Shown piece by piece: positions 1-8,554 of a stretch of 64,000 nt of DNA. The stretch is taken from NCBI GenBank assembly GCA_028716965.1, contig JAQUOV010000001.1, forward strand, positions 70,448 to 134,447, written 5' to 3'. The notes under the pieces were generated by a model that saw nothing but the letters and a program-made list of their open reading frames with translations, made no database searches and was not told the DNA's origin. Numbering within the stretch: the first letter of the stretch is position 1; every line of letters starts with the position of its first letter. The position numbers were made by a program, and so were the translations under genes. This DNA is from Candidatus Omnitrophota bacterium. GTDB taxonomy: Bacteria; Omnitrophota; Gorgyraeia; Gygaellales; Profunditerraquicolaceae.

Positions 1-527
1 AGCTTGGTCGCGCTGACCCTTAGCCCGCAGGCATCAGCCAAGCCGTAAATCTCTTTAGCGGTATAATAGTGTTTATGGTCGGTTACTTCTTCGGCTGTAA
101 CAACTTTTAGCTTAAAGGCAAGAAACTCCAGGACCGCCTTCGCCCGAGGGGTCGGCGTAGTGATAATTACACGGCCTTTCTTTTTTAAAACCCTGGAAAA
201 TTCAAAGAAAAGCGCCTGGACTTCTTTTACTTCAATGTGCTCCAGGACAGCAAGTAAAAAAACTTTATCAAAGAAACCCTCTTTTAAAGGCAATCTGCCC
301 TGGTACTTGTAACTTAGCAGGTGAATATTGCCTTCCTGGGAGTCCTTTACGTCATAATCCAGGCCATAACCAAGCCTGAACTTATTTTTCCCGCAAGTAA
401 GCAAATAATGCTGTACGCCGCAGCCTAAATCAAGCACAACGTCATCATCTTCAATATATTTTGCGGCAACCCATAAACGGTACTTTGAAATAAACTTATC
501 AAGCAAATTCCATTCTTTTGTATTCAT
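1..527 (-). CDS. Class I SAM-dependent methyltransferase, 5' part only (ORF runs off the window start)
   Basis: Own translation of the minus strand from the ATG at 527: MNTKEWNLLDKFISKYRLWVAAKYIEDDDVVLDLGCGVQHY... The VLDLGCG motif I (glycine-rich SAM loop) and a later acidic motif (LLAVLEH) are typical of Methyltransf_11/23 enzymes. There is no stop before position 1. Confidence 0.5.
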   Translation of the reverse strand, partial: MNTKEWNLLDKFISKYRLWVAAKYIEDDDVVLDLGCGVQHYLLTCGKNKFRLGYGLDYDVKDSQEGNIHLLSYKYQGRLPLKEGFFDKVFLLAVLEHIEVKEVQALFFEFSRVLKKKGRVIITTPTPRAKAVLEFLAFKLKVVTAEEVTDHKHYYTAKEIYGLADACGLRVSATK

Positions 528-530
528 AAT

Positions 531-1481
531 CTATTTAATTGGTTTATTTAAGAAAAACGCTCCGAGGAACCCGTCTTTACCAGTGCCCGCGTCAACAAAG
601 TCGTCATTTCCATACAGAGAAAGCCCGGAAGGGTTAATTATCTCATCAAAAAGTTTTTGCCTATATCCAAATCTTAAGCCTTTATCAGCAATCAGCACTT
701 TTCTATCAGGCCCATAATCAATAGTAAGGCCGACAATGCCTCCGGGCTTTAAGACGCGCGCTACCTCCCGCATCATCCTGCGCCGGACGCTTGAGGAAAG
801 ATGTTCTACCGTGCATATTGAAAAGACACGGTCAAAACTATTATCCGGAAACGGGATTGGCTTTGAAATATCCCTGTCAAAAACCTCAATATCCCATTTC
901 ATCTTTCTGGCTACATATTTTGTATTATAGATCATCCCGCAACAGCTCCAGTCATTATCAATGACCTTTACCGTGCATCCAAGGCTGGCTAAATAAAATA
1001 CAAACGCGGTTGAGGCCCCGCCAATGTCTAAGACTTTATCTCCTGCCTCAACCGCCGAATGGGCCGCCACCCAGGCATTCTCCCAGAGCTTGCGCTTCTC
1101 CGAATCCTGAGTATATGTGGCAGGAGTAAACATCCCTGCTGGCGAAGTATAGCGCAAGCCTCTTGCCTTAAGCAAAACCTTAACGGCTTCTATTTTCTGC
1201 GCGGCATCCTTTATCCCCGGCAAGGATAAATCTTCCTCAATCCAATAAGCGCTCTTATTAACAGTATCTTTTGGGTTAACTTTAGCCGCCCCGTTAAATG
1301 ACGCGAATTCCCCGTCACAAACAACATCTGCCGGGCCGCTTATTTTAGCTCTATGTTCATCTATGCGAACGCAGGTCTGGCGCTTGAGCTTACGGGCTGC
1401 GCAAAATATACGGTAATATAACGGCATATAAGCCGGGAATTGTTCAGCTCTATTTTTTATCATATTGGACACTGGCAGCAC
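531..1481 (-). CDS. Class I SAM-dependent methyltransferase
   Basis: VLDIGGASTAFVFYLASLGCTVKVIDND (motif I) and LKPGGIVGLTIDY (motif III-like). The 5' end overlaps the upstream polymerase-like gene, so the start may be an internal Met. Confidence 0.7.
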   Translation of the reverse strand: MLPVSNMIKNRAEQFPAYMPLYYRIFCAARKLKRQTCVRIDEHRAKISGPADVVCDGEFASFNGAAKVNPKDTVNKSAYWIEEDLSLPGIKDAAQKIEAVKVLLKARGLRYTSPAGMFTPATYTQDSEKRKLWENAWVAAHSAVEAGDKVLDIGGASTAFVFYLASLGCTVKVIDNDWSCCGMIYNTKYVARKMKWDIEVFDRDISKPIPFPDNSFDRVFSICTVEHLSSSVRRRMMREVARVLKPGGIVGLTIDYGPDRKVLIADKGLRFGYRQKLFDEIINPSGLSLYGNDDFVDAGTGKDGFLGAFFLNKPIK

Positions 1482-2742
1482 CGGAACCCAGCTTAATTAT
1501 AGCAACCGTTAAACCAAGCATAAACCAGAATAAAACTACAAGTTGCAGCGAATAAAAATGCGTATCAAAGAAAGCATGTGCCAGAAAAGCTAAAATACCT
1601 GATAAAAATCCCAGCGCCAGGTAATCTTTTTTCTGGTTAAGGTATCTTAAACCCATTCTGAAAAAACTATATAAAACAAAAAGAAAAGCAAGCAATCCGG
1701 GCAGGCCAGTTTCGGCTGCTTTCTGAAGATAAGAATTATGCGGATATACCCCCCCGCCTTCAAAACTCTTATACTTCTTGGCTACTATGGAATACGTATT
1801 TAGCCCACAGCCGAATAAAGGATAATCCCGTATTATCCTTACAGATTCTTTCCAAAGCATCACTCGTGCAGAAGTTGATGGGCCGCTTGACATAGACTTT
1901 AAACTTTCGTTAATCTGGCGGCTGAACGGAAAGTTAACCCAAATATAATATTTTACATTTATAACTACTGATCTCGGCAACAACAATCCAATGGCCAACA
2001 GAGATATAACCGTAATTATGCACGTTTTCTTAACTACTAAATTAGAATTCTTTAAAACATAATAAGCAATAAGCATAATCCCTGCCAGGAAACCAAACCA
2101 TCCTCCCCGGGAATAGGTTTTAATCAAATATAGGGACTGAATAGTAACCGCTGTTGATAATAAGATTTTCAACCTCAAATCCGGTATTACATTAGCAGCG
2201 ATTATCCCGATAAATATAGGAATAATTACAGTTAACCAGGCGGCAAAACCAGTTGAATTAGAAAATGAGGCACAAAAGGGATACAGCCCTAACTCATGCC
2301 CTCTTAAAAAATCCACCCCTTTAAAATACATCACTCCTGCGTCGATTATTATAAACACCGCAGAAGAAATAATCGCAATTAAAATAATTTTAAGGCGCTT
2401 TTTGCTGTTAATAACCTCAACCAGCATAAAATATATACCCAAGAATTTTAAATTTTTACCGAGAAGCCCGCGTAAAGACAAGCCAAAATTAGTACTGAAG
2501 ATGACAGATAACACATTAATCGCAATAAATGCTCCTAAAGCCATATTCAATTCAGTCTTGGGGAATATCCGCCATACTGAACCGGCCCTATATCCTAATA
2601 CTCTCTTTAAAAGAAAAATAAAAATTGCCGGCCAGACAAAACTTTCAATACCTGCTTTTGAAAAAGGTAAACAAAAAATTACAAAGCACAAGAAAGTAAT
2701 TATTGCGCAGTCACAATATAAGAAAATCTTATCTTTATTCAA
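1450..2742 (-). CDS. O-antigen ligase / Wzy-family polytopic membrane protein
   Basis: About ten predicted TM helices and a periplasmic-loop motif GGGVYPHNSYLQKAAETGLPGLLAFL, which resembles the Wzy_C / O-antigen ligase signature (H-N...ETG). Confidence 0.55.
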   Translation of the reverse strand: MNKDKIFLYCDCAIITFLCFVIFCLPFSKAGIESFVWPAIFIFLLKRVLGYRAGSVWRIFPKTELNMALGAFIAINVLSVIFSTNFGLSLRGLLGKNLKFLGIYFMLVEVINSKKRLKIILIAIISSAVFIIIDAGVMYFKGVDFLRGHELGLYPFCASFSNSTGFAAWLTVIIPIFIGIIAANVIPDLRLKILLSTAVTIQSLYLIKTYSRGGWFGFLAGIMLIAYYVLKNSNLVVKKTCIITVISLLAIGLLLPRSVVINVKYYIWVNFPFSRQINESLKSMSSGPSTSARVMLWKESVRIIRDYPLFGCGLNTYSIVAKKYKSFEGGGVYPHNSYLQKAAETGLPGLLAFLFVLYSFFRMGLRYLNQKKDYLALGFLSGILAFLAHAFFDTHFYSLQLVVLFWFMLGLTVAIIKLGSGAASVQYDKK

Positions 2743-4569
2743 CTATGCCCCTACTATCTCTTGCAATTTCTTCCTTACTCCAGGTTCATCCATTTCATTT
2801 ACAATCTTCTCTAACTCTTTTATTTTAAACCTCAATATATGCGAATCAAAATAATCTGACTGAGCAATATAAATCTTATCTATCTTGGTAGCTTTATCCT
2901 TTTCACTACTTAACAAGGTTTCCTCAAAAAGTTTCTCTCCCGGCCGCAGGCCAATAAATTTTATCTTTATGTCTTCTTCAGGCTTTAAGCCATAAAGACC
3001 AATCAACTCATTTGCCAAATCTAATATCTTGATCTGCTCACCCATATCCAAGATAAATATCTCTCCTGCCTTACCCATGCCACCGGCCTGCAGGACAAGT
3101 TGACTGGCTTCATGCACACTCATAAAATACCGCTTAACTTCCGGGTGCGTTAATGTTACAGGGCCGCCTTCTTCAATCTGTTTCTTAAATAAAGGAACAA
3201 CACTTCCGTCAGAACCTAAAACATTTCCAAATCTAACCGCCATAAACTTAGTTTTACTTATTTTGGCTTTAGACTGCAAAACCATCTCTGCGATCCTTTT
3301 AGTAATACCCATTACACTTGTCGGATTTACCGCCTTATCAGTAGAAATAAGAATAAACCTCTCGACTTTGTAGTGATCCGCGGCATAGATAAGGTTACGG
3401 CTTCCAATAATATTGTTCTTTACCGCTGCCACAGGATTTTCTTCCATAAGGGGAACATGCTTATGGGCTGCCGCGTGGAATATAACTTGCGGCTTATAAA
3501 GCGAAAACACGCTCTTCAACAGGCCGATATCTTTTATATCCCCGATTATGGTTTTAAACTTAATCTGGGGGTATTTTGTCAAGAATTCAATCCCCAAATA
3601 ATAAACATCATTCTCGTTATGATCAAATAACAATATCTCCTTGGGGTTAAAATTCACTATTTGTCTGCAAAGAGATGAGCCAATTGAGCCGCCCGCACCA
3701 GTAATCAAAACTACCTTCCCAGATAGATAACCCTTAATTTCATTTTCATTAATATTTACCGTTTCTCTACCAAGAAGGTCTTCTGGCTTAACGTCCCTGG
3801 GCTTAACCTCTAAATCGCCGTTGAGAATCCTTTGCAAACCAGGGACTATGCGAATTCTTACAGAAGATATTTGGCAATTTGAAATTATACTCCTGATTGC
3901 TTCGCCATTAGCAGAAGGGATAGCTATAATGACCTCATCAATCCCATATTTTTCAACAATTGAAGGTATATCACTACAGGCCCCTAAAATACTTATGCCT
4001 TGAATACGATAATTCTTTTTATTTCGATCATCATCAATAAAACCGATTATTTCTATATTTGCTTTAGGGTTAACCCTCACTTCTCTTAACACCATCACTC
4101 CGGCTTCCCCTGCACCTATAATAATAGCCCTTTTTAGCTTACTTCCTATAGCCGGACGGAATTTCTCCCGCAATAGCCGGGTAACAAAGCGGATCCCAGC
4201 CACCAAACAGAAACTTAAAACACATTCTAAGATGAAGATTGAACGCGGAAAACCTGCAAAAGTATGGAAAAAAGCAATCGTAGGGATAAAACAGAGCGTG
4301 GCTAAAACATGCGCCTTGGCTATTCTCCAGATATCATCTATACTGGCATATCTCCACAAACCAGAATAAAGGCCAAAGTATCCAAGAATAACCAATTTAA
4401 TACAGACAAAAATGGGGAGAGTTTTAAGAATCAGCTGCCAGACATCACTATCAATTCTAAAATCTAAGCGTAGATAAAAAGCAAGTATGTAGGCGCTCAC
4501 CACTAAAATTAAATGGATAGTTACAATAATTAAACGCCGACATTTAAAAATTAGCTCTTTCAGGCTCAT
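2743..4569 (-). CDS. Membrane-anchored UDP-sugar 4,6-dehydratase (PglF/CapD/WbpM family polysaccharide biosynthesis protein)
   Basis: Four N-terminal TM helices, then two Rossmann regions (IIIGAGEAG and VLITGAGGSIGSSLCRQI) and a catalytic region ISTDKAVNPTSVMGITKR, typical of CapD-like extended SDRs. Confidence 0.85.
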   Translation of the reverse strand: MSLKELIFKCRRLIIVTIHLILVVSAYILAFYLRLDFRIDSDVWQLILKTLPIFVCIKLVILGYFGLYSGLWRYASIDDIWRIAKAHVLATLCFIPTIAFFHTFAGFPRSIFILECVLSFCLVAGIRFVTRLLREKFRPAIGSKLKRAIIIGAGEAGVMVLREVRVNPKANIEIIGFIDDDRNKKNYRIQGISILGACSDIPSIVEKYGIDEVIIAIPSANGEAIRSIISNCQISSVRIRIVPGLQRILNGDLEVKPRDVKPEDLLGRETVNINENEIKGYLSGKVVLITGAGGSIGSSLCRQIVNFNPKEILLFDHNENDVYYLGIEFLTKYPQIKFKTIIGDIKDIGLLKSVFSLYKPQVIFHAAAHKHVPLMEENPVAAVKNNIIGSRNLIYAADHYKVERFILISTDKAVNPTSVMGITKRIAEMVLQSKAKISKTKFMAVRFGNVLGSDGSVVPLFKKQIEEGGPVTLTHPEVKRYFMSVHEASQLVLQAGGMGKAGEIFILDMGEQIKILDLANELIGLYGLKPEEDIKIKFIGLRPGEKLFEETLLSSEKDKATKIDKIYIAQSDYFDSHILRFKIKELEKIVNEMDEPGVRKKLQEIVGA

Positions 4570-4723
4570 GGTTTAATATTATATACCTAAATTTAAGTTT
4601 AGCAATTAGGAAAACACGGTAAGATTAAGCAAAATTATTTGATAAGATTTTATTTACGGACAAAATCATATTTATAAGGTATTTTTATACCATAACCTAT
4701 ATTACGCAGTTAATTATATTAAA

Positions 4724-6259
4724 TTAATTTCTTATTTCATTTCTATTTTTATCAATCCAAGCAGCAATATCATTATTGGTCTTTGTTTCATTCCTGAGAA
4801 TAGATAGAATTAAATCTCCTGTTAATACCGTATTAAAAGTTTTAGTGTATTTAACAAAATTATTTTGGCCAGCCATCTTGACCATAAATGGTATTCGATT
4901 GTCTTGCTTCATATTAAAAATTTTACTGTTGCGCAAATAATGGTCTGAAGTTACAATAATTGTGATATCATCATAAAGCTTGGATTTTTCAAGCATCCTT
5001 CGAATTTCCCCTAATGTCTTATCCGCCAATAGAAGGTTAGAAAAATATCCATTACTTTGGTCAACGAATAAGCTTATTTTTTGTTCTTTTTGGTCATAAA
5101 TAGAAGGCAAATGCGGTATGGGAAAATGCACCATGGCCAGATTGTAATCTGGATGGCCAATTATCTGCTTAACATTGTCCATTGTTTCCTCAAAAGCATC
5201 AATATGTTCTATAATTGCTGCAAAAGGCAACAAATGGATAAATTGTTCTTTCATGTTTTCTAAAAGACTGTCATAATTTCTAACAAGAAAGTATTCCCCG
5301 TGGACCTGAACACAAAAATCCAAATTATTCCCTAAGATATTACAATACGGATGATACCATCCGACAAAAGCGGAATTAAATCCTAAATTTCTAATCCGGG
5401 AAAATATGTTAGGCTGGGTTCCCCAAATAAAACGCTGATTTGTATCGGCATAGGTAATTTCCAATTTATTATTAGCCACAGGCAAAATTTTGCTCACAAG
5501 CTTCCCATCAATAAGAGCCGGAAAAACAACCATAGTTTCATCACCCGCAGGATAAGCATTCGTAGCATAAAAAGACTCTGACCGAAACCTGTCTAACTCA
5601 GGAAAGCTTAAACCGAACGGTCTTTGATCAAAAACAATCTTTTGATCGATTTCATCAAAAACTAACCATAATATACGTAAATGGTTTTGTTTTCCAACTG
5701 GTTCAACTTCTAAAATACAATCTTTTGGAGATACTGGTTTAGTTTTCTCGCATTTAACTATAGCTCCTATTGCCCCGCTAAAAGTAAAAAAAACAAAAGG
5801 AAATAAGAAAATTATACCCGCGGTTAACATTTTAAACAACAGACGGCTGAATTTCTTATAAAGCAATATCCCGAGAACAATAAGCAAAAACACAGCAACT
5901 AAACAAACCCAAATATTTAACTTCTTTAGAAAAAGTGAGACAGTAATTAACAAGGTTTGTAAAGAAAAACTCGTAGAAGTCTTCCTAATTACATTAAGAA
6001 TATTCAAAATTAAAACAAAAAAAGTAAATCTGGCGGTGCGTTGCACAAAGATATTATTACTTTTCCGAATGAGTCTTATAAAAATAAAAATCAGCGATGC
6101 CGCTATGAACACGTTGGTCATAAGCGCGAAATAACCGCTTGCGTTCGGCAAAACATGTATAGAATATTTTTGCGAATCAATAAGAAACAGGTAATTTATC
6201 CACAATTTTAAGAAACAAAGATTCGCAAAAGACATTGAGAACATTGCATCTTTAATCAT
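4724..6259 (-). CDS. Sulfatase / alkaline-phosphatase superfamily membrane protein (LtaS/EptA-like phospho-substituent transferase candidate)
   Basis: N-terminal polytopic TM region followed by a soluble domain with IIVTSDHY (the SDH motif of sulfatase/PEA-transferase folds). Confidence 0.5.
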   Translation of the reverse strand: MIKDAMFSMSFANLCFLKLWINYLFLIDSQKYSIHVLPNASGYFALMTNVFIAASLIFIFIRLIRKSNNIFVQRTARFTFFVLILNILNVIRKTSTSFSLQTLLITVSLFLKKLNIWVCLVAVFLLIVLGILLYKKFSRLLFKMLTAGIIFLFPFVFFTFSGAIGAIVKCEKTKPVSPKDCILEVEPVGKQNHLRILWLVFDEIDQKIVFDQRPFGLSFPELDRFRSESFYATNAYPAGDETMVVFPALIDGKLVSKILPVANNKLEITYADTNQRFIWGTQPNIFSRIRNLGFNSAFVGWYHPYCNILGNNLDFCVQVHGEYFLVRNYDSLLENMKEQFIHLLPFAAIIEHIDAFEETMDNVKQIIGHPDYNLAMVHFPIPHLPSIYDQKEQKISLFVDQSNGYFSNLLLADKTLGEIRRMLEKSKLYDDITIIVTSDHYLRNSKIFNMKQDNRIPFMVKMAGQNNFVKYTKTFNTVLTGDLILSILRNETKTNNDIAAWIDKNRNEIRN

Positions 6260-7688
6260 GCCTTATCCCTTTTAATGACAAAATATAAATATATCTTTCG
6301 GAACCTTCAATCCTCTCAAAACGTAGTATATTAAACTTTTCTAAAACGGCTTTCTCAAAACTCTGGCGAGTCAGATAAGCAAATAATTTCTCTCTTCCGC
6401 GCACTAATATTTTAAACATCTGGTCTTTTGGGTCAATATATTCAATAACAAGATGCCTGGTTGTCAACTCAGCTGCTAAATCCAGAATTTCATTCATGGG
6501 GATCCGCTCAGTTACCATCATGTGGTGCTTGACCGCCAGCATAAAAACAGCATCAAACTTACCCCTAGCCCTCTCTAAAAATGATTCACATTCTTTATTT
6601 AACCAACCGATACTCGGAGAAGGACGTGTCAAGTCTATATTTAATGGCAGTATATCTAATTTATATTCATACGCCTTCCGCCATAAACTACTTATAACCA
6701 CAGGGTCACTATCAATAGCTACGACCTTACTGCCGGCTTTGGCCGCAATTTCACTGAAATACCCCGTATTGCAACCTACATCCAATACCTGACGAGGCCT
6801 AAACTCATTTAAAAAATTAGAAACTATTCTATCCTTAACCTTCATTCCGTCTTCAGAATATGACATATTATTCTTAGCATAATCTGCCCATATGGATTGT
6901 CTGAGATTTACAGGCTTAAGGTTATTTATTTGCTTACGAATATTCTTAAAAAGCGCAAGAAGGATGAATGTTGCTATTTCATCTGCCTCTTCCAGCCTTT
7001 TTTTATAAATACCATAATCTTTTTTCTTTTGGATCTTTGATAATAAATTAGGTATTGCCACTATAGACAAAAAAGGCGGCAAGAATTGGCGCAAGCTACC
7101 GCAAAAATGTGATACATCTTCCGGTTCAATGCCGTCTCTACGGCTAAAGAAAATATCCGGCATCCGTAAACTAAAATATTTATTTACAAGTAGCGGTAAA
7201 GTAAAAGTACGTATAAACTGTCCATAAGGCAACCAAACGCTATCACGGGGATCGCGTTTTTCGAATGAAAGCATATCAATAAGAATGGGGTTGGGGCCTT
7301 CAAACATAATATTATATGGAGTAGCATCTTTAAGGGTATACCCTGCCGGTAGAATATCTACGGCAATATCCACCGTCAAGCAGGCTGCGGTATAAATCAT
7401 TTCAGGTGCCCACTCATAGGGATAAGACGGAAAATAGATCGCTTTGTGCTCTACTATTTCGAATTCTTCTTCTTTTAATGATATCCTATACCCTATCTCT
7501 TTTTTTTCTGGCTGTTTTAAAAACCTAGTCGCAATAACCTTCTCTTTATTTAAGAGTTTTTTACCTATGTCAGAACTTAAAAAAGATTCCAGGTCATTGC
7601 ACGAATCTTTACCTATAATTCTGAATATTTGCTTATCCAATCTAACAACAAAACCTACCGGATCCCGAAATGAAAGAACCTGCATCAA
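6252..7688 (-). CDS. Two-domain protein: unknown ~280-aa N-terminal domain fused to a class I SAM methyltransferase
   Basis: The C-terminal half carries VLDVGCNTGYFSEIAAKAGSKVVAIDSD (motif I) and DAVFMLAVKHH. The N-terminal half has no motif I recognise. Confidence 0.55.
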   Translation of the reverse strand: MMQVLSFRDPVGFVVRLDKQIFRIIGKDSCNDLESFLSSDIGKKLLNKEKVIATRFLKQPEKKEIGYRISLKEEEFEIVEHKAIYFPSYPYEWAPEMIYTAACLTVDIAVDILPAGYTLKDATPYNIMFEGPNPILIDMLSFEKRDPRDSVWLPYGQFIRTFTLPLLVNKYFSLRMPDIFFSRRDGIEPEDVSHFCGSLRQFLPPFLSIVAIPNLLSKIQKKKDYGIYKKRLEEADEIATFILLALFKNIRKQINNLKPVNLRQSIWADYAKNNMSYSEDGMKVKDRIVSNFLNEFRPRQVLDVGCNTGYFSEIAAKAGSKVVAIDSDPVVISSLWRKAYEYKLDILPLNIDLTRPSPSIGWLNKECESFLERARGKFDAVFMLAVKHHMMVTERIPMNEILDLAAELTTRHLVIEYIDPKDQMFKILVRGREKLFAYLTRQSFEKAVLEKFNILRFERIEGSERYIYILSLKGIRHD

Positions 7689-7691
7689 TAT

Positions 7692-7889
7692 CTACTCCTT
7701 ATTTTTCTTGCGCCAAAAAAACCTTAAGATCTTCTTTATTGAAAATAGGGCGCCAACAAAAAAAGAAAATACAAGTTGCCACAATAATAACCCGGAACCC
7801 GGATCAATATATGCATATGCTGATTTTACGGTCAAAAAGCTCAATATTAAAAAAACCAGAAAAATTTGACATAAATGTCTTATTTTCAT
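7692..7889 (-). CDS. Small (65 aa) signal-peptide/TM protein, hypothetical
   Basis: Hydrophobic N-terminus with a signal-like sequence, a YIDPGSGLLLWQ segment and a second hydrophobic stretch. It sits 3 nt from the next gene. It could equally be an unannotated leader or a spurious ORF. Confidence 0.3.
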   Translation of the reverse strand: MKIRHLCQIFLVFLILSFLTVKSAYAYIDPGSGLLLWQLVFSFFVGALFSIKKILRFFWRKKNKE

Positions 7890-8453
7890 CTAGTGCTTTA
7901 CTCCTTCTTTTCTTATAACCTTAGATATGGTCAATAAAATAATCTTAACATCTAAAATTAAGTTTTTATTTTTTAAATAATACTCATCAAATTCAACTTT
8001 AACCGGGATGGGCAATTCATCCCGTCCGTTAACCTGGGCCCATCCGGTAACCCCCGGGATAAGAGTATGTACATCTTTTTTAGTCCTTAATTTTATCAAA
8101 TCATCCTGATTGAATAAAGCCGGCCTTGGCCCCACGAATGTCATCTCTCCTGAAACTATGTTAAATAGTTGCGGCAATTCATCCAAACTGAAACTGCGCA
8201 AGAAAGAACCGACAGGTGTAAGGTATTGATTCACCTCTTTAAAAAGGTGTGTAGCAACTGGCGGAGTATCTGTACGCATCGTACGAAACTTATACATTTT
8301 AAATATCTTATTATTTTTCCCTACGCGGTCTGACCTGTACAATACCGGTCCGCGAGAGGAAAATTTAATAATTACCGCAAGTATGATTAACGGCAAGCTT
8401 AAACAAATCAATAATAAGACTGCGATAATTACATCAACAACCCGTTTTATCAT
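7890..8453 (-). CDS. Initiating phosphoglycosyl transferase, small monotopic PglC/WbaP-C-terminal type (bacterial sugar transferase family)
   Basis: 187 aa with a single N-terminal membrane helix and the hallmark KFRTM...DELPQLFNIVSGEMTFVGPRP motifs. Confidence 0.85.
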   Translation of the reverse strand: MIKRVVDVIIAVLLLICLSLPLIILAVIIKFSSRGPVLYRSDRVGKNNKIFKMYKFRTMRTDTPPVATHLFKEVNQYLTPVGSFLRSFSLDELPQLFNIVSGEMTFVGPRPALFNQDDLIKLRTKKDVHTLIPGVTGWAQVNGRDELPIPVKVEFDEYYLKNKNLILDVKIILLTISKVIRKEGVKH

Positions 8454-8554
8454 GTTTTACACAATTCTTAGAGTCGATAGAGACTCCATTATGGTAATAT
8501 ATCATGACTTTTATACAAAGGCTATTTTCTAGAAAAACAGGGGATACTTTAATT

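Noticed and set aside
8481-8497. Short inverted repeat gagtc-N6-gactc in the 8454-8554 gap, considered as a terminator or operator
   Set aside because: The stem is only 5 bp with no following T-tract on the transcribed strand, which is too weak to call.
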